IMG/VR virus record: IMGVR_UViG_3300042465_002836
Span: 1 to 58,220 of that record
DNA length: 58,220 nt
Source of the DNA: a virus
Taxonomy: Duplodnaviria > Caudoviricetes
Direction: 5' to 3' (one strand)
A model generated the notes under the pieces. That model saw nothing but the letters and a program-made list of their open reading frames with translations. It did not search any database and was not told where the DNA came from. The translations under genes were made by a program, and so were the position numbers. Positions 9,944-18,393 of the stretch are shown one piece after another (the first letter of the stretch is position 1; each line of letters starts with the position of its first letter).

Positions 9944-11137
9944 ATGGCAACCACCAATCTTGCGATGACCCTGCCCACCGTGGGTGGCTCCACAAACGCA
10001 TGGGGCGGCACGCTCAACGACAATCTTGATATCATTGATGCTGTCTTCGCCACGGCGGGGACCGGCACGTCTGTCGGCTTGAACATCGGTTCTGGCAAGA
10101 CCCTGGCGGTTGCCGGCGCGCTTAATGTCACGGGGACAGTGACGCTTCCGGCCACGGCCAACATTACGAACTCCCAGACCTACACGATCAGCACGGTTGT
10201 CGGTAGCGCCAGTTCCGGCGTTGCCACGGTCACTTTCTCTCCCGCTGCCTCTATCATCGTGGGAACCCTCATCACGATCAGCGGGACCACAAATTTCAAT
10301 GGCAATCATACAGTAACGTCATCTTCCGCCGGATCTGCGTCTTTTGCCACGGGGACCACGGCAACTGATGTAGGCGGCAGTCTATATTTCCCGCTTACCA
10401 TTGTTACGGCGTCTGGTGTCCAAACGCTGACCAACAAGACGCTTCAAGACGTTGCTCTGGCCGGTAACGTGACGGGCACCTATTCGCTCCTCGGCACTCC
10501 AACGCTTGGCAGCGCCCTGACCAGCTTGGGAAACATCACATTCACAAAAGCAACGCCCATAATCACGCTTGATAATAGCGGCTCAACTTTTGGATATCGC
10601 TTCCAAGCTGCCGTAGACACTACGGATGGAGGATTTTTCCTTCAACAACGCAGCGGCGTTTCATGGAATACGGCCCTGACCGTAGCAAGCGACCGAGGGC
10701 TTTTGATTGGTGGGGCGTCAGGCGGCTCTCAGGGCGTCGGCACCGTCAACGCAACAGGCTATTATGTGAACGGCAGCCTTCAGCCTATTAACCGTGGCTA
10801 TGCTTCAACCGGCACCATCAATATGACGGTCAATCAAACCATCACCCTAAGCCATGGCATGGCCGTCCTACCTGAAATTGTGACGTTCACCCTGACATGC
10901 ACTGATGCTGGTGGAGATGCGGGCTACGCGCAGAACGATCAGATCATGATCCCGCTTAACAACGGCCAGACCTTCAGCAGCAACAACTACGGCTACTCAA
11001 CCCAGATCTCATCCACCCAAATCATTATCAGGGTTGTGAACGGCGCTGGCCCACTGGTGATTGTGAACAAATCAACCAAGGCCCTGGCCGGATTAAATGA
11101 GAATAAGTGGAGTTTGCTGGTGCGCGCCTACGCCTAA
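9944..11137 (+). CDS. Second tail fibre/spike
   Basis: 397 aa; N-term L.LPTVGG...WG..LN.N...ID anchor motif; QTLTNKTL. Confidence 0.75.
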   Translation: MATTNLAMTLPTVGGSTNAWGGTLNDNLDIIDAVFATAGTGTSVGLNIGSGKTLAVAGALNVTGTVTLPATANITNSQTYTISTVVGSASSGVATVTFSPAASIIVGTLITISGTTNFNGNHTVTSSSAGSASFATGTTATDVGGSLYFPLTIVTASGVQTLTNKTLQDVALAGNVTGTYSLLGTPTLGSALTSLGNITFTKATPIITLDNSGSTFGYRFQAAVDTTDGGFFLQQRSGVSWNTALTVASDRGLLIGGASGGSQGVGTVNATGYYVNGSLQPINRGYASTGTINMTVNQTITLSHGMAVLPEIVTFTLTCTDAGGDAGYAQNDQIMIPLNNGQTFSSNNYGYSTQISSTQIIIRVVNGAGPLVIVNKSTKALAGLNENKWSLLVRAYA

Positions 11138-11183
11138 TCGGGCAATATTCACGCGCGGCGCGGTGCCGCTTAGGAGAACAAAA

Positions 11184-11342
11184 ATGGAAGATAAGGTCAT
11201 TAATATCAGCCTCAAGGCCAGCCAGTGGAATGCCGTCCTTGCGGCCCTTGGCAACGGCCCCTACGTCCAGGTCGCTGAGATCATTGCTGCGATCAAGTCG
11301 CAGGGTGAGGCCGCCCTGGTTCCCGCCAGCGCCGAGGAATAA
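11184..11342 (+). CDS. Small hypothetical protein (possible fibre chaperone)
   Basis: 52 aa from ATG 11184 with aggag RBS. Confidence 0.55.
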   Translation: MEDKVINISLKASQWNAVLAALGNGPYVQVAEIIAAIKSQGEAALVPASAEE

Positions 11343-11346
11343 GCGC

Positions 11347-11592
11347 ATGGACCTCCAGTCTCTAATCAACATTGCGGCTGGAGGTGCCCTTGCGCTGCTT
11401 GGGTGGCTGGGCAGGCAGTTGTGGGACGCGGTGGCTGAACTGCGCCGCGATCTCCACACCTTAGAAAAAGAACTCCCGGCCAAGTATGTACGCCGGGAAG
11501 AGTTCTCAGATGGCCTCCGCGAGATCAAAGAAATCTGTGCCAAGATCTTTGATAAGATAGACGCCCTTGAACATCGGAAGGTGGACAAGTAA
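11347..11592 (+). CDS. Membrane-anchored coiled-coil lysis-cassette protein
   Basis: N-terminal TM helix then a helical region ending KVDK; abuts the holin. Confidence 0.6.
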   Translation: MDLQSLINIAAGGALALLGWLGRQLWDAVAELRRDLHTLEKELPAKYVRREEFSDGLREIKEICAKIFDKIDALEHRKVDK

Positions 11593-11993
11593 TGGACCCA
11601 ATCTCTTCTATTGCTGGCCTCGCCAACACGTTGATTACCAAGATTTGGCCTGATCCCAAGGATCAAGCATCTGCTGAAGCCATGCTAATCAAGACGCAGA
11701 TGGATGCGGCCTTGGCTCAAGCCCAGCAGCAGATCGACATCAACAAGATTGAGGCGGCCTCGACAAACCCTTTTGTCAGCGGCTGGCGGCCTTTTGTCGG
11801 CTGGGCATGTGGCGTGGCGTTTGCCGCACACTTCATCCTGCTGCCTTTGCTTAATTGGCTGGCCCAGTTATTCGGTCATGACCCCATCACCATTCCATTT
11901 GACATGGACACATTATCAACCGTCCTCATGGGCTTGTTGGGCTTGGGGGCCATGCGAACAGCGGAAAAAGTGGCCGGGGTTGCACGCAAATGA
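11592..11993 (+). CDS. Holin (3TM, GTA-holin type)
   Basis: INKIEA...FVSGWRPFVGW.C...LMGLLGLGAMRT.EK signature. Confidence 0.85.
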   Translation: MDPISSIAGLANTLITKIWPDPKDQASAEAMLIKTQMDAALAQAQQQIDINKIEAASTNPFVSGWRPFVGWACGVAFAAHFILLPLLNWLAQLFGHDPITIPFDMDTLSTVLMGLLGLGAMRTAEKVAGVARK

Positions 11994-12502
11994 AGGGCAA
12001 TTTTGACCTCTGCTTGGCGATGCTTTTGTCTCACGAAGGCGGCTTCGTGAACCACAAGTCTGACCCAGGCGGCATGACCAATCTGGGCGTCACGCGACAG
12101 ACTTGGGAGATGCACGTCGGCCACTCCGTTGAGGAGGCTGATATGCGCGCCCTTAAACCGCATATGGTCGCGCCGCTCTACAAGAAGAGCTATTGGGACA
12201 AGGTTAAGGGGGACGCCCTGCCGTCAGGCGTGGACTATGCCGTCTTTGACATCGCCGTTAATTCTGGCGTGTCTCGGGCCGGGCGCATTCTGCAGCAGGC
12301 TCTTGGCCTAATTGATGATGGCATCATCGGACCAAACACCCTTGCGGCGACAAACGGCAAGAACACCCAAGACTTAATCAAGAAGATCTGCGATATTCGC
12401 CTGACGTTCATGCAGCGCCTCCCTACATGGCCTACCTTTGGTCGAGGCTGGGCCAAGCGGGTTGCTGAAGTTCAGGCTGATGCTCTGCTGATGGCAGATT
12501 AA
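11990..12502 (+). CDS. Endolysin, glycoside hydrolase family 108 with PG_binding_3 domain
   Basis: HEGGFVNH.SDPGG.TNLGVT, YW, VFD.AVNSG, DGIIGP.T, FGRGW.KR. Confidence 0.92.
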   Translation: MKGNFDLCLAMLLSHEGGFVNHKSDPGGMTNLGVTRQTWEMHVGHSVEEADMRALKPHMVAPLYKKSYWDKVKGDALPSGVDYAVFDIAVNSGVSRAGRILQQALGLIDDGIIGPNTLAATNGKNTQDLIKKICDIRLTFMQRLPTWPTFGRGWAKRVAEVQADALLMAD

Positions 12503-12511
12503 GGAGCCGCA

Positions 12512-13234
12512 ATGACCACCGGATTGACTTATAATGATTACGTCAACCAGATCTCTACTCTGGCGGTGGTTTCTCCGACTGACTCAGCGTTCCTGACGAT
12601 CCTGCCCCAGATGCTGACCTATGCAGAGAACAGGATCTACCGCGACCTCGACTTCCTCTCGACCACCCAGGCGTTGACAGGGTACAATTTCAGCATTGGT
12701 TCGCGCAGCCTTGCGATCCCAGCAAACGATTTTGTGGCGCTGCAGCAGATCAACGTAATCACGCCGGCAAACGTTGACATAGCAAACAGCGGCACCAGGG
12801 TGACGCTCCTGCCCGCAACTAAAGAATTCATCGACAACGTGTACCCTAGCTCCGCATCTGCTGGGGTTCCCGCCTACTTTGCTCTGTTTAACCAGAGCAC
12901 CATCTTGGTGGGTCCATGGCCTGATCAGGCTTACTCTGTTGAGGTGGTTGGGACGTATCGGCCAGCATCTCTCTCGGCTGATCCGGCAACGCAAACCACG
13001 TTCATCAGCTTGTATCTGCCCGATCTCCTGATCATGGCTTCAATGGTCTATATCTCAGGCTACCAGCGAAATTTTGGTCGAGCGAATGACGATCCTCAGA
13101 TGGCCGTCTCTTACGAGAGCCAATACAAGACCCTGATGCAGGGCGCGATGGTTGAGGAGGCCCGCAAGAAGTTTCAGTCTTCTGGCTGGACCTCAATGTC
13201 GCCGTCGCCCGTCGCAACTCCGACCAGGGGATAA
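12512..13234 (+). CDS. Tail tubular protein A/adaptor-like
   Basis: AENRIYRDL, G.P.YFA, VGPWPD..Y; precedes the nozzle gene. Confidence 0.65.
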   Translation: MTTGLTYNDYVNQISTLAVVSPTDSAFLTILPQMLTYAENRIYRDLDFLSTTQALTGYNFSIGSRSLAIPANDFVALQQINVITPANVDIANSGTRVTLLPATKEFIDNVYPSSASAGVPAYFALFNQSTILVGPWPDQAYSVEVVGTYRPASLSADPATQTTFISLYLPDLLIMASMVYISGYQRNFGRANDDPQMAVSYESQYKTLMQGAMVEEARKKFQSSGWTSMSPSPVATPTRG

Positions 13235-13237
13235 ACC

Positions 13238-16177
13238 ATGCCCCACGCAAGCCTCAAGGTCATTCCCGGGGTTGATCAGAACAAGACGCCCGCCCTCAAT
13301 GAAGCGGCAATCTCGCAGAGCCAGCTTATTCGTTTCATCCCGGACCGAAGCGGCCTTGGCTTGCCTCAGAAGCTGGGCGGCTGGACCAAGTTCTTTGCCA
13401 GCGCAATCAGTTCAACCATCCGCAATATGTGGGCCTGGGCTGACTTAAACGGGACTAACTATCTGGCGGTAGGGGCGGAAACGTCTCTCAACACAATTCA
13501 GCCTGGCGCTCTACTTACGTCCCAAGCAATTACTGACGTTGCCTATACTATTTCTAAGTCCATTACGTCAATCAGCGGCAATGGAACTACTGTTACTTTG
13601 GGGTTTTCTGGGTCGTATACATTCCCTGTTGGAACAAACATTACTGTTTCTGGCACATCTGTTGCTGGATATGATGGAACTTATGTTGTAACGGCATCCA
13701 CTACCACGTCCGTAAGCTATGCAAATACCACAACAGCAGCAGCCACTGGCGGGACGGTAAGTTCAGATACCAACGTGGTGACCCTCACATTTGCCGGTCC
13801 ATACACCTTCCCGGTCGGAACAAACATTGTCGTGACCGGCCTGGTCCCGACCAGCTACAACGGCAATTATGCCGTGCTAGCATCAACGTCCACTACGGTC
13901 AGCTACCTAAGCCCCATTACCGGGGCGGCGACCACGACAGGAAGCGCCGTCTCCGCTTATGGCGATGTTCTCAACGCCATCACCCCGCAGACCTTTACGG
14001 ATAGCTCAACTGTTCGTTTTGAGACTACGGCTGGAAGTTCTTTTGTCACGATTACTGACAGCGTCACCCAGTCCATAACTTCAGTTAGCGGAAATGGAGC
14101 CACCGTAACTCTGGGCTTTACTGGGCCATTTACATATTCGGTTGGCACTGTAATTACTGTTTCTGGGGTGTCTGTTGCTGGCTACAACGGCACATATACA
14201 GTAACCGCCTCAACCACCACATCAGTTAGTTACCGTAATTCTACAACTGCCGCAGCTAGCGGCGGAACTTTCTTTAATGCCAACTCTATTAGCAGCTACA
14301 CTTCTGTATATATTCAAACTCCAGTAAGTGTTGGCGGGCTTATTTTGTTTGGCGCGTACCAGTGTCAAGCGGTAAGTGCTACGGATTACATCATTCAGGC
14401 TCGAGATACACTGGGAAATCCTGAACTTGCTCTATGGACAACCGCATCCGAGACAATCACATCCGGCAGCGGTAGTGGCACGACCGCGACGATGAATTTT
14501 GCCGGCCCGTACACTTTTGAGGTCGGCAGCACTATTACCGTCGCGGGCGTGACGCCTTCTGGTTACAATGGCACCTACATCGTTACTTCGCCTACGACCA
14601 CGACATCGGTCAAATATGCCAACGCCACAACAGCCGCGGTAACCGTTTTCGGCACCGTCTCCAATTTTGGAGCGGTTCCACTATTCACCACAGCATCAGG
14701 GTCATCCTCCGTCACCCTTACTCTGTCCAATCACGGCCTTACGGTGGGCCGGGAATACCCAATCCTGGTTGCCGTGACGGTCGGCGGCCTGACCATGCCG
14801 GTGGGCAACTACATCGTCACGTCAGTGCCATCAGTGTATGAGTTCACGCTCCAGGCCCCATCCCCGGCGACATCCACTGCGTCCGTCTATCAGAACGGCG
14901 GGCTGGTTCAGTTCCAGTATTTTGTCGGCCTCGGCCCTATAACAACGGTCGGCGGAACTTACGGCCAGGGCAATTACGGCGATGGCCCATATGGCACGTC
15001 CTCCGCGCTCTCGCCTGGCAACACTGGAACGGCGATCACTGCCACTGACTGGACGCTCGACAATTACGGCAGCCTGCTGGTCGCTGTGCCGTATGGTGGG
15101 CCGATCTACATCTACGACCCCACCTCTGGCTCTTCCATTGCCACGATCATACCGACCGCGCCGGCAGCTAACGCCGGGGCTTTCGTGGCAATGCCCCAGA
15201 GGCAAATTGTGGCTTGGGGGACAACCTTCAGCGGCATCCAAGACCCTCTCCTGATCCGTTATTCAGACGCAAACGATCTGACCGCTTGGATAGGCACGAC
15301 CGTCAATCAGGCGGGCAGTTATGAAATTCCCCGAGGGTCTGAGATTGTCGGTGCGGTGCAGGCCCAGCAGCAGGGCCTGTTCTGGACTGACTTGGCGCTC
15401 TGGGCCATGCAATACGTTGGCCCCCCCTTGGTGTACGGCTTTAACGAGGTCGGCGTCGGCTGCGGCTTGATTGCGCCCAAGGCGGTCACCGTCATGAGCG
15501 GCGTGGCCTATTGGATGAGCCAAAGCCAGTTCTTCCGGTATGCCGGGGGCGGGGTTGAGCCAATCCTCTGCCCAATCTGGGACGTGATTTTCCAAGATCT
15601 GGACACCACCAAGCTTCGTGAGATCAGGGTGGCCCCAAATAGCCGTTTCAATGAGGTCGGCTGGTTCTACCCCACGACCGATCCGGTTCATCCGGTCAAG
15701 TACGCCAAGTACAACATCGGCCTAAACACCTGGGACTTTGGGAACCTTCACCGTACAGCTTGGATCAACCAATCGGTCCTTGGGCCGCCCATCGGGGCCT
15801 CTGGCGGGACAATCTACCAGCACGAAACCTCCCCTGACGCTGATGGCGAGCCGATGTTGTCGAGCTTCCAAACAGGGTATTTTGCCCTAGACGAGGCGGA
15901 TCAGAAAACCTTTGTGGACCAAATCTGGCCTGACATGCGGTGGGGCTATTACGGCGGGTCGCAAGACGCGACAGTAAGCATCACTTTTTTCGCCACTGAT
16001 TTTGCCGGGCAGACCCCAACGCAGTACGGGCCGTTCCCGGTGACCCAATCCACTACCTACGTCACGCCCAGGATGCGTGGCCGCCTTGTCTCAATCGCGG
16101 TGTCGAGCAGCGACTTGGGCTCGTTCTGGCGTCTGGGCAATATTCGCTACCGTCTCCAGCCTGATGGCCGGTTCTAG
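13238..16177 (+). CDS. Tail nozzle (tubular B/P22 gp10-like) with inserted beta-domain repeats
   Basis: 979 aa; IPGV..., QKLGGW, DPLLIRYSD, NQAG, WTD, CGLIAP, R.RGR...FWRLG.IRY..QPDGR. Confidence 0.8.
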   Translation: MPHASLKVIPGVDQNKTPALNEAAISQSQLIRFIPDRSGLGLPQKLGGWTKFFASAISSTIRNMWAWADLNGTNYLAVGAETSLNTIQPGALLTSQAITDVAYTISKSITSISGNGTTVTLGFSGSYTFPVGTNITVSGTSVAGYDGTYVVTASTTTSVSYANTTTAAATGGTVSSDTNVVTLTFAGPYTFPVGTNIVVTGLVPTSYNGNYAVLASTSTTVSYLSPITGAATTTGSAVSAYGDVLNAITPQTFTDSSTVRFETTAGSSFVTITDSVTQSITSVSGNGATVTLGFTGPFTYSVGTVITVSGVSVAGYNGTYTVTASTTTSVSYRNSTTAAASGGTFFNANSISSYTSVYIQTPVSVGGLILFGAYQCQAVSATDYIIQARDTLGNPELALWTTASETITSGSGSGTTATMNFAGPYTFEVGSTITVAGVTPSGYNGTYIVTSPTTTTSVKYANATTAAVTVFGTVSNFGAVPLFTTASGSSSVTLTLSNHGLTVGREYPILVAVTVGGLTMPVGNYIVTSVPSVYEFTLQAPSPATSTASVYQNGGLVQFQYFVGLGPITTVGGTYGQGNYGDGPYGTSSALSPGNTGTAITATDWTLDNYGSLLVAVPYGGPIYIYDPTSGSSIATIIPTAPAANAGAFVAMPQRQIVAWGTTFSGIQDPLLIRYSDANDLTAWIGTTVNQAGSYEIPRGSEIVGAVQAQQQGLFWTDLALWAMQYVGPPLVYGFNEVGVGCGLIAPKAVTVMSGVAYWMSQSQFFRYAGGGVEPILCPIWDVIFQDLDTTKLREIRVAPNSRFNEVGWFYPTTDPVHPVKYAKYNIGLNTWDFGNLHRTAWINQSVLGPPIGASGGTIYQHETSPDADGEPMLSSFQTGYFALDEADQKTFVDQIWPDMRWGYYGGSQDATVSITFFATDFAGQTPTQYGPFPVTQSTTYVTPRMRGRLVSIAVSSSDLGSFWRLGNIRYRLQPDGRF

Positions 16178-16186
16178 GAGTAGAAA

Positions 16187-16627
16187 ATGGCCGAAGGTGG
16201 CAATCAAAACATGGTTTCTGGCGGCGGGGATATCCTCACCGTCCAGAAGAATGGCGTCATTGCCATCAACAACCTCGCCGTCTTCTTTAAGCGGATTGCG
16301 GATAATCTTGATCAGATATCTCTCAATTCAGGCCCGTCTACGACATCAACGACGGTTGCCGCCAGTACAACCCAGCTTATTGTTGCGGGGACTGGTCGGC
16401 TGTTTGCTGTTTCTATCCCGGCGCACAGCGGCAGCGGTCAAGTGTTTGTCTATGACAGCGCCACAACCGGCGCGGTCGCCGCGACCAACTTGATCTTTGC
16501 CTGCCTCCCGGCAAACACCACTGGCTGGCTGTCCTATTACGCAGTCAATTTGGCCTATTCTAAGGGCCTCGTTATTAAGACCGACGCCAGCATGAACTGC
16601 GCCATTGCGTACACTCCGACCCCGTGA
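16187..16627 (+). CDS. Hypothetical virion-block protein
   Basis: 146 aa, aggag RBS. Confidence 0.6.
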   Translation: MAEGGNQNMVSGGGDILTVQKNGVIAINNLAVFFKRIADNLDQISLNSGPSTTSTTVAASTTQLIVAGTGRLFAVSIPAHSGSGQVFVYDSATTGAVAATNLIFACLPANTTGWLSYYAVNLAYSKGLVIKTDASMNCAIAYTPTP

Positions 16628-16635
16628 GGCCAGAC

Positions 16636-17835
16636 ATGCCCCTATCCAAAGGCCGCAGCCAGAAGACGATCAGCCGGAACGTCTCTGAGATGGTTCGCTC
16701 TGGTCACCCGCAAGATCAGGCGGTGGCGGCTGCGCTGGACGTGGCGCGCCGGGTCGCCAAGGGAGATGGCGGCAGCCTCTCTGATATGAACTCTGACACC
16801 CACAGCATCATCGACGGCCTCAACCGCAGTAAGAATGCCCTGATGAATGGGCTCCCATCTATTCCGGCCCGGGTCATCAGCAGCAATGACATTGACCACC
16901 TGCAACTGTCTCCAGAGCGCGCCGCCGCCTTGGACAAGATGGCTGAAGTCAACCGCAAAAAGGGGGACTTCTTCTCGGCCAGCACGTTTGGTGATGAAGA
17001 CGGGCGGCGATGGAGCGTCGAGGATGTCTTGAACTACGCCGAGAACAAGCCCGTGGTCAAATTGCCCACCAAGGGATTTGTCAAAGACCAAGTTGATCAA
17101 TGGTGGCAGGGCAACGAAGAACGGGCAAAGAAGGCAATTCCCTCAGAGCAGCACCCCATCCTTGTCCTAAAGCACCGCACCGGGAAGGCCCGTGGTGGAG
17201 GCCTCTATGCCAACATCCACGCCAAGCAGGAGCGCATTGCCCGCGGGTCGAAAGAGAAGATGCGGAAGCCCGGGTCTGAAGGCGCGCCTACAGCCGATGC
17301 TTTCAAGGCATCCGAGCGTACCGCCAAGGCGGGCGGCGGGATGCTAGAGTATGCCAAGGGCGGAATGCCCCGTATGGGCGGCACCAAGACCAAGGTCCAC
17401 GTTGGCCCGATCCACAGCACGGTGGCCGGTCGCACTGACCATCTTCCGATCCATGTCCCGTCTGGGGCCTACGTCATTCCTGCCGACATCATTAGTTCAA
17501 TGGGCGAGGGCAACACGATGGCGGGTTTCAAGGTGGCAAAGTCCATCTTCTCTGCCGGGGCTTACGGCCAGAAGAAGCTGGGGGCCGGGATGCCTTACGG
17601 CGGCGGCGGCCTTCCCTACGGCGTGCCATCGCCCGGTAAAGCGGAGGGCGGCCCTACAGACACCGTCCCAATCGTCGCAGCCGGTGGCGAATATGTGATA
17701 TCACCTGAAGATGTTTCCGCCCTAGGCAGCGGAAGCCTAGATGACGGGCACAAGATACTGGATGAGTTCGTCAAGCAGCAGCGGTCAAAGACCGTCAAGA
17801 CATTGAAGAAGCTGCCTGGTCCAAAGAAGGACTAG
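16636..17835 (+). CDS. Modular GG-motif protein (putative internal virion polyprotein)
   Basis: Modules separated by KGDGG, KARGG, KAGGG, YAKGG, KAEGG; duplicated D..P....G.YVI....S.LG.G domain at the C-term. Confidence 0.75.
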   Translation: MPLSKGRSQKTISRNVSEMVRSGHPQDQAVAAALDVARRVAKGDGGSLSDMNSDTHSIIDGLNRSKNALMNGLPSIPARVISSNDIDHLQLSPERAAALDKMAEVNRKKGDFFSASTFGDEDGRRWSVEDVLNYAENKPVVKLPTKGFVKDQVDQWWQGNEERAKKAIPSEQHPILVLKHRTGKARGGGLYANIHAKQERIARGSKEKMRKPGSEGAPTADAFKASERTAKAGGGMLEYAKGGMPRMGGTKTKVHVGPIHSTVAGRTDHLPIHVPSGAYVIPADIISSMGEGNTMAGFKVAKSIFSAGAYGQKKLGAGMPYGGGGLPYGVPSPGKAEGGPTDTVPIVAAGGEYVISPEDVSALGSGSLDDGHKILDEFVKQQRSKTVKTLKKLPGPKKD

Positions 17836-17857
17836 GGAGCAAACCAGGAGATTTGAT

Positions 17858-18382
17858 ATGGAATTGAAAGTGCGAGTGGGCACGCCTGACGATGTTGATC
17901 AGTGCATGTCATTGGCGATGCAGGCATGTGAAGAAAATGGGTTCTTGGTTCCAGAGCCAACAATGATTCTGGAGCATATCTGGTCTGCCCTGAACCAACA
18001 CCAGGGCATTATCGGGATTGTAGGAGAGCCTGGCGGACTGGTTGAAGGTGCCGTTCTTCTGAGGATTGGCAATCTGTGGTACGCCCCTCAAGAGGTAATT
18101 GAAGAAAAGGGCATTTTCATCCATCCTGAGTACAGAAGTGCGAAGGGCGGCAGAGCGCGCCGTCTTTGCGAATTCAGTAAACAAGTTGCCGACACGCTTG
18201 GCCTGCCTCTGGTGATTGGCGTTCTGTCCAACCTCCGCACCCAGGCCAAGGTCAAGATGTACCAGAGGCAATTTGGCGAACCCGCAGGGGCCTTCTGGCT
18301 TTATGGGGCCGAGACAGGGAAATGGCATGAGCCATCCTTGGAGCAAACGCAAGAAGCGGGCAAGCTCTTGCCTGTCACTTGA
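17858..18382 (+). CDS. GNAT-like acetyltransferase-fold protein (position of T7 gp13-like internal protein)
   Basis: VRVGTPDD, WY...IEEKGIFIHPEYR...RARRL, KVKMYQR.F. Confidence 0.65.
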   Translation: MELKVRVGTPDDVDQCMSLAMQACEENGFLVPEPTMILEHIWSALNQHQGIIGIVGEPGGLVEGAVLLRIGNLWYAPQEVIEEKGIFIHPEYRSAKGGRARRLCEFSKQVADTLGLPLVIGVLSNLRTQAKVKMYQRQFGEPAGAFWLYGAETGKWHEPSLEQTQEAGKLLPVT

Positions 18383-18393
18383 AAGGCTAAAAC

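Noticed and set aside
4740-11137. Diversity-generating retroelement or invertible tail-fibre cassette
   Set aside because: No reverse transcriptase or invertase is present, and the repeats differ at synonymous sites rather than specifically at adenines
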